From: Haliotis rufescens
Lineage: Eukaryota
Reading direction: 5' to 3'
Assembly: GCF_023055435.1 (NCBI RefSeq)
Contig: NW_025963802.1
Location: 41,292,001 to 41,356,000, forward strand
DNA length: 64,000 nucleotides
Shown: piece by piece, positions 62,706 through 64,000 of the stretch
Position numbering within the stretch: position 1 is the stretch's first letter
Layout: each line of letters opens with the position of its first letter
Notes under the pieces: generated by a model
The model's database searches: none
What the model was told of the DNA's origin: nothing
Seen by the model: the letters and a program-made list of their open reading frames with translations, nothing else
Translations under genes and position numbers: made by a program

Positions 62706-62940
62706 CTGAGTGTTTGTTTATTGGTTAACGCCAGTCTCAACAATATTCCAACTATTTGACGGCGGCCTGAAAATAATCGAGTCTGGACAACACAATCCAG
62801 TGATTAATACCGTGAAAACCCTCAACGCAGTTGGGTATGATAGGGTGATATCAACCAAGTCACCGAGTCTGATCACTCCATCCATTTGGTAGCCTCTTAT
62901 AAAGTGGTTGCTGGGGACCAATTCTAACTCAGAATCCCAC
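62706..62940 (-). mobile_element. Diverged SINE family 2 copy
   Basis: AATAATCGAGTCTGGAC..ACAATCCAGTGATTAA..TCAACCAAGTCA body. Confidence 0.7.
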
Positions 62941-63689
62941 GCGAGCATTACTGGAAGAACTAACCTTCGTTGCATTGGGTACTTGAGCCAATACCAGTGA
63001 AACAGTACATTAATCCGGCCCTCATTTATCAACCCCAGATACTATACGATTACTTTTGAGTCGATCATCTGTGTACAGCCTGACATTACATCGCACTAAT
63101 GACTTGATACCCTGGAAGATGTCTAGTTAAAGAGGCTTTCATTGGTGTCGTCACTCTGATTCCCAATGATCCATTCACATACTTTTCATCGCTCTTTAAC
63201 CTATAAGCCCAAAGAAATATGTTTCGGTGGATAAAAGAGACTGACTTTTCTCTGGGGTTGACATTTTATATTCATTTCATTAAGTTTGGATAACTAAATC
63301 CACATTAATTACCTTCAAGTCTAAATACATCGGGAAGCAGCAACCTATTAATATGTTAAAAGGCAAGGCACAAACACAAGGCAAGGCAAGGCAAGTGTTC
63401 ACCTGACCACGAACGGAAACACATGGAACAAGTCCAAATAAAGAATTGCATAAGACATCACTTTTTTCAGTGATGCGTCAAATATAGAAATGTCTTCCAC
63501 GTGTCTCCCATACAGCGTTTTGAAAGTTTCTATGTTACATAATTTATGAGAACAAATCCAAATGAGCTAAATGTAACCTACACGTTTCATGAAATACGAC
63601 CAAATGTTGTCGTACTAACTGTAACCAAATTAAAAGTCTATCCAAATAAACATTATTTTTAACCAACGTGTTCTTTGTTTCATGTCTGT

Positions 63690-63942
63690 CAAGTGGTCTA
63701 GTTGACAGAGCGGCTTTCGGCATGAAAGGGTTAAAACAAGGACTGGTCGGCTGGGAGTCAGTATACTGTGTATGAGTGGGGTATTCATGTTAAACTGCGG
63801 CATGGTATCTCAGTGAGCTAGCACTATAAAATCGGCATTAGTTCGAACTAGTACAAGCAGCCATCCACATGTGCACGTACACATATACATGTAAGTGCAA
63901 TAATTTTGGACGCGACGTTAGACCTTATTTCACCTCACCTCT
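63690..63942 (+). mobile_element. SINE family 4, internally deleted
   Basis: Reverse complement similarity to 60091-60333; (CACCT)n tail. Confidence 0.7.
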
Positions 63943-64000
63943 CATACCCACAACCTTTTTCCAAGTTAGATTAATATGTAAACATAAAACACACGATATA

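Overview
AT-rich, repeat-dense, spliced eukaryotic DNA, probably from a mollusc (abalone-like gastropod; inferred only from the SINE and Penelope repertoire as I recall it). The core is a cluster of eight small genes for secreted low-complexity proteins that I do not recognise by name. Seven are paralogues: A1, A2 and B1-B4 on the minus strand, B5 on the plus strand. Each has three exons (non-coding exon 1; signal peptide plus G-L-G-x-P-x-L/F heptads; Ala/Thr/Pro-rich acidic tail) and encodes 140-154 aa once spliced; the ORF track misses the last exon. The eighth gene (C, 58170-58655) encodes a Gly/His/Tyr-rich secreted protein with 14-aa repeats. B1-B4 lie in four 9.2-9.9 kb tandem units (10568-48527) that share one junction and alternate in an ABAB pattern. 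B4 and B5 form a head-to-head inverted pair. All seven paralogues share a conserved upstream module (TATA, Inr, GTCATAAA site), and each tandem unit also carries a gene-less copy of that module. The remainder is four SINE families, Tc1/pogo-type MITEs, decayed LINE and Penelope-like RT/GIY-YIG relics with minimal hammerhead ribozyme motifs, microsatellites and a 150-N gap. All comparisons were done by eye; no searches were run.
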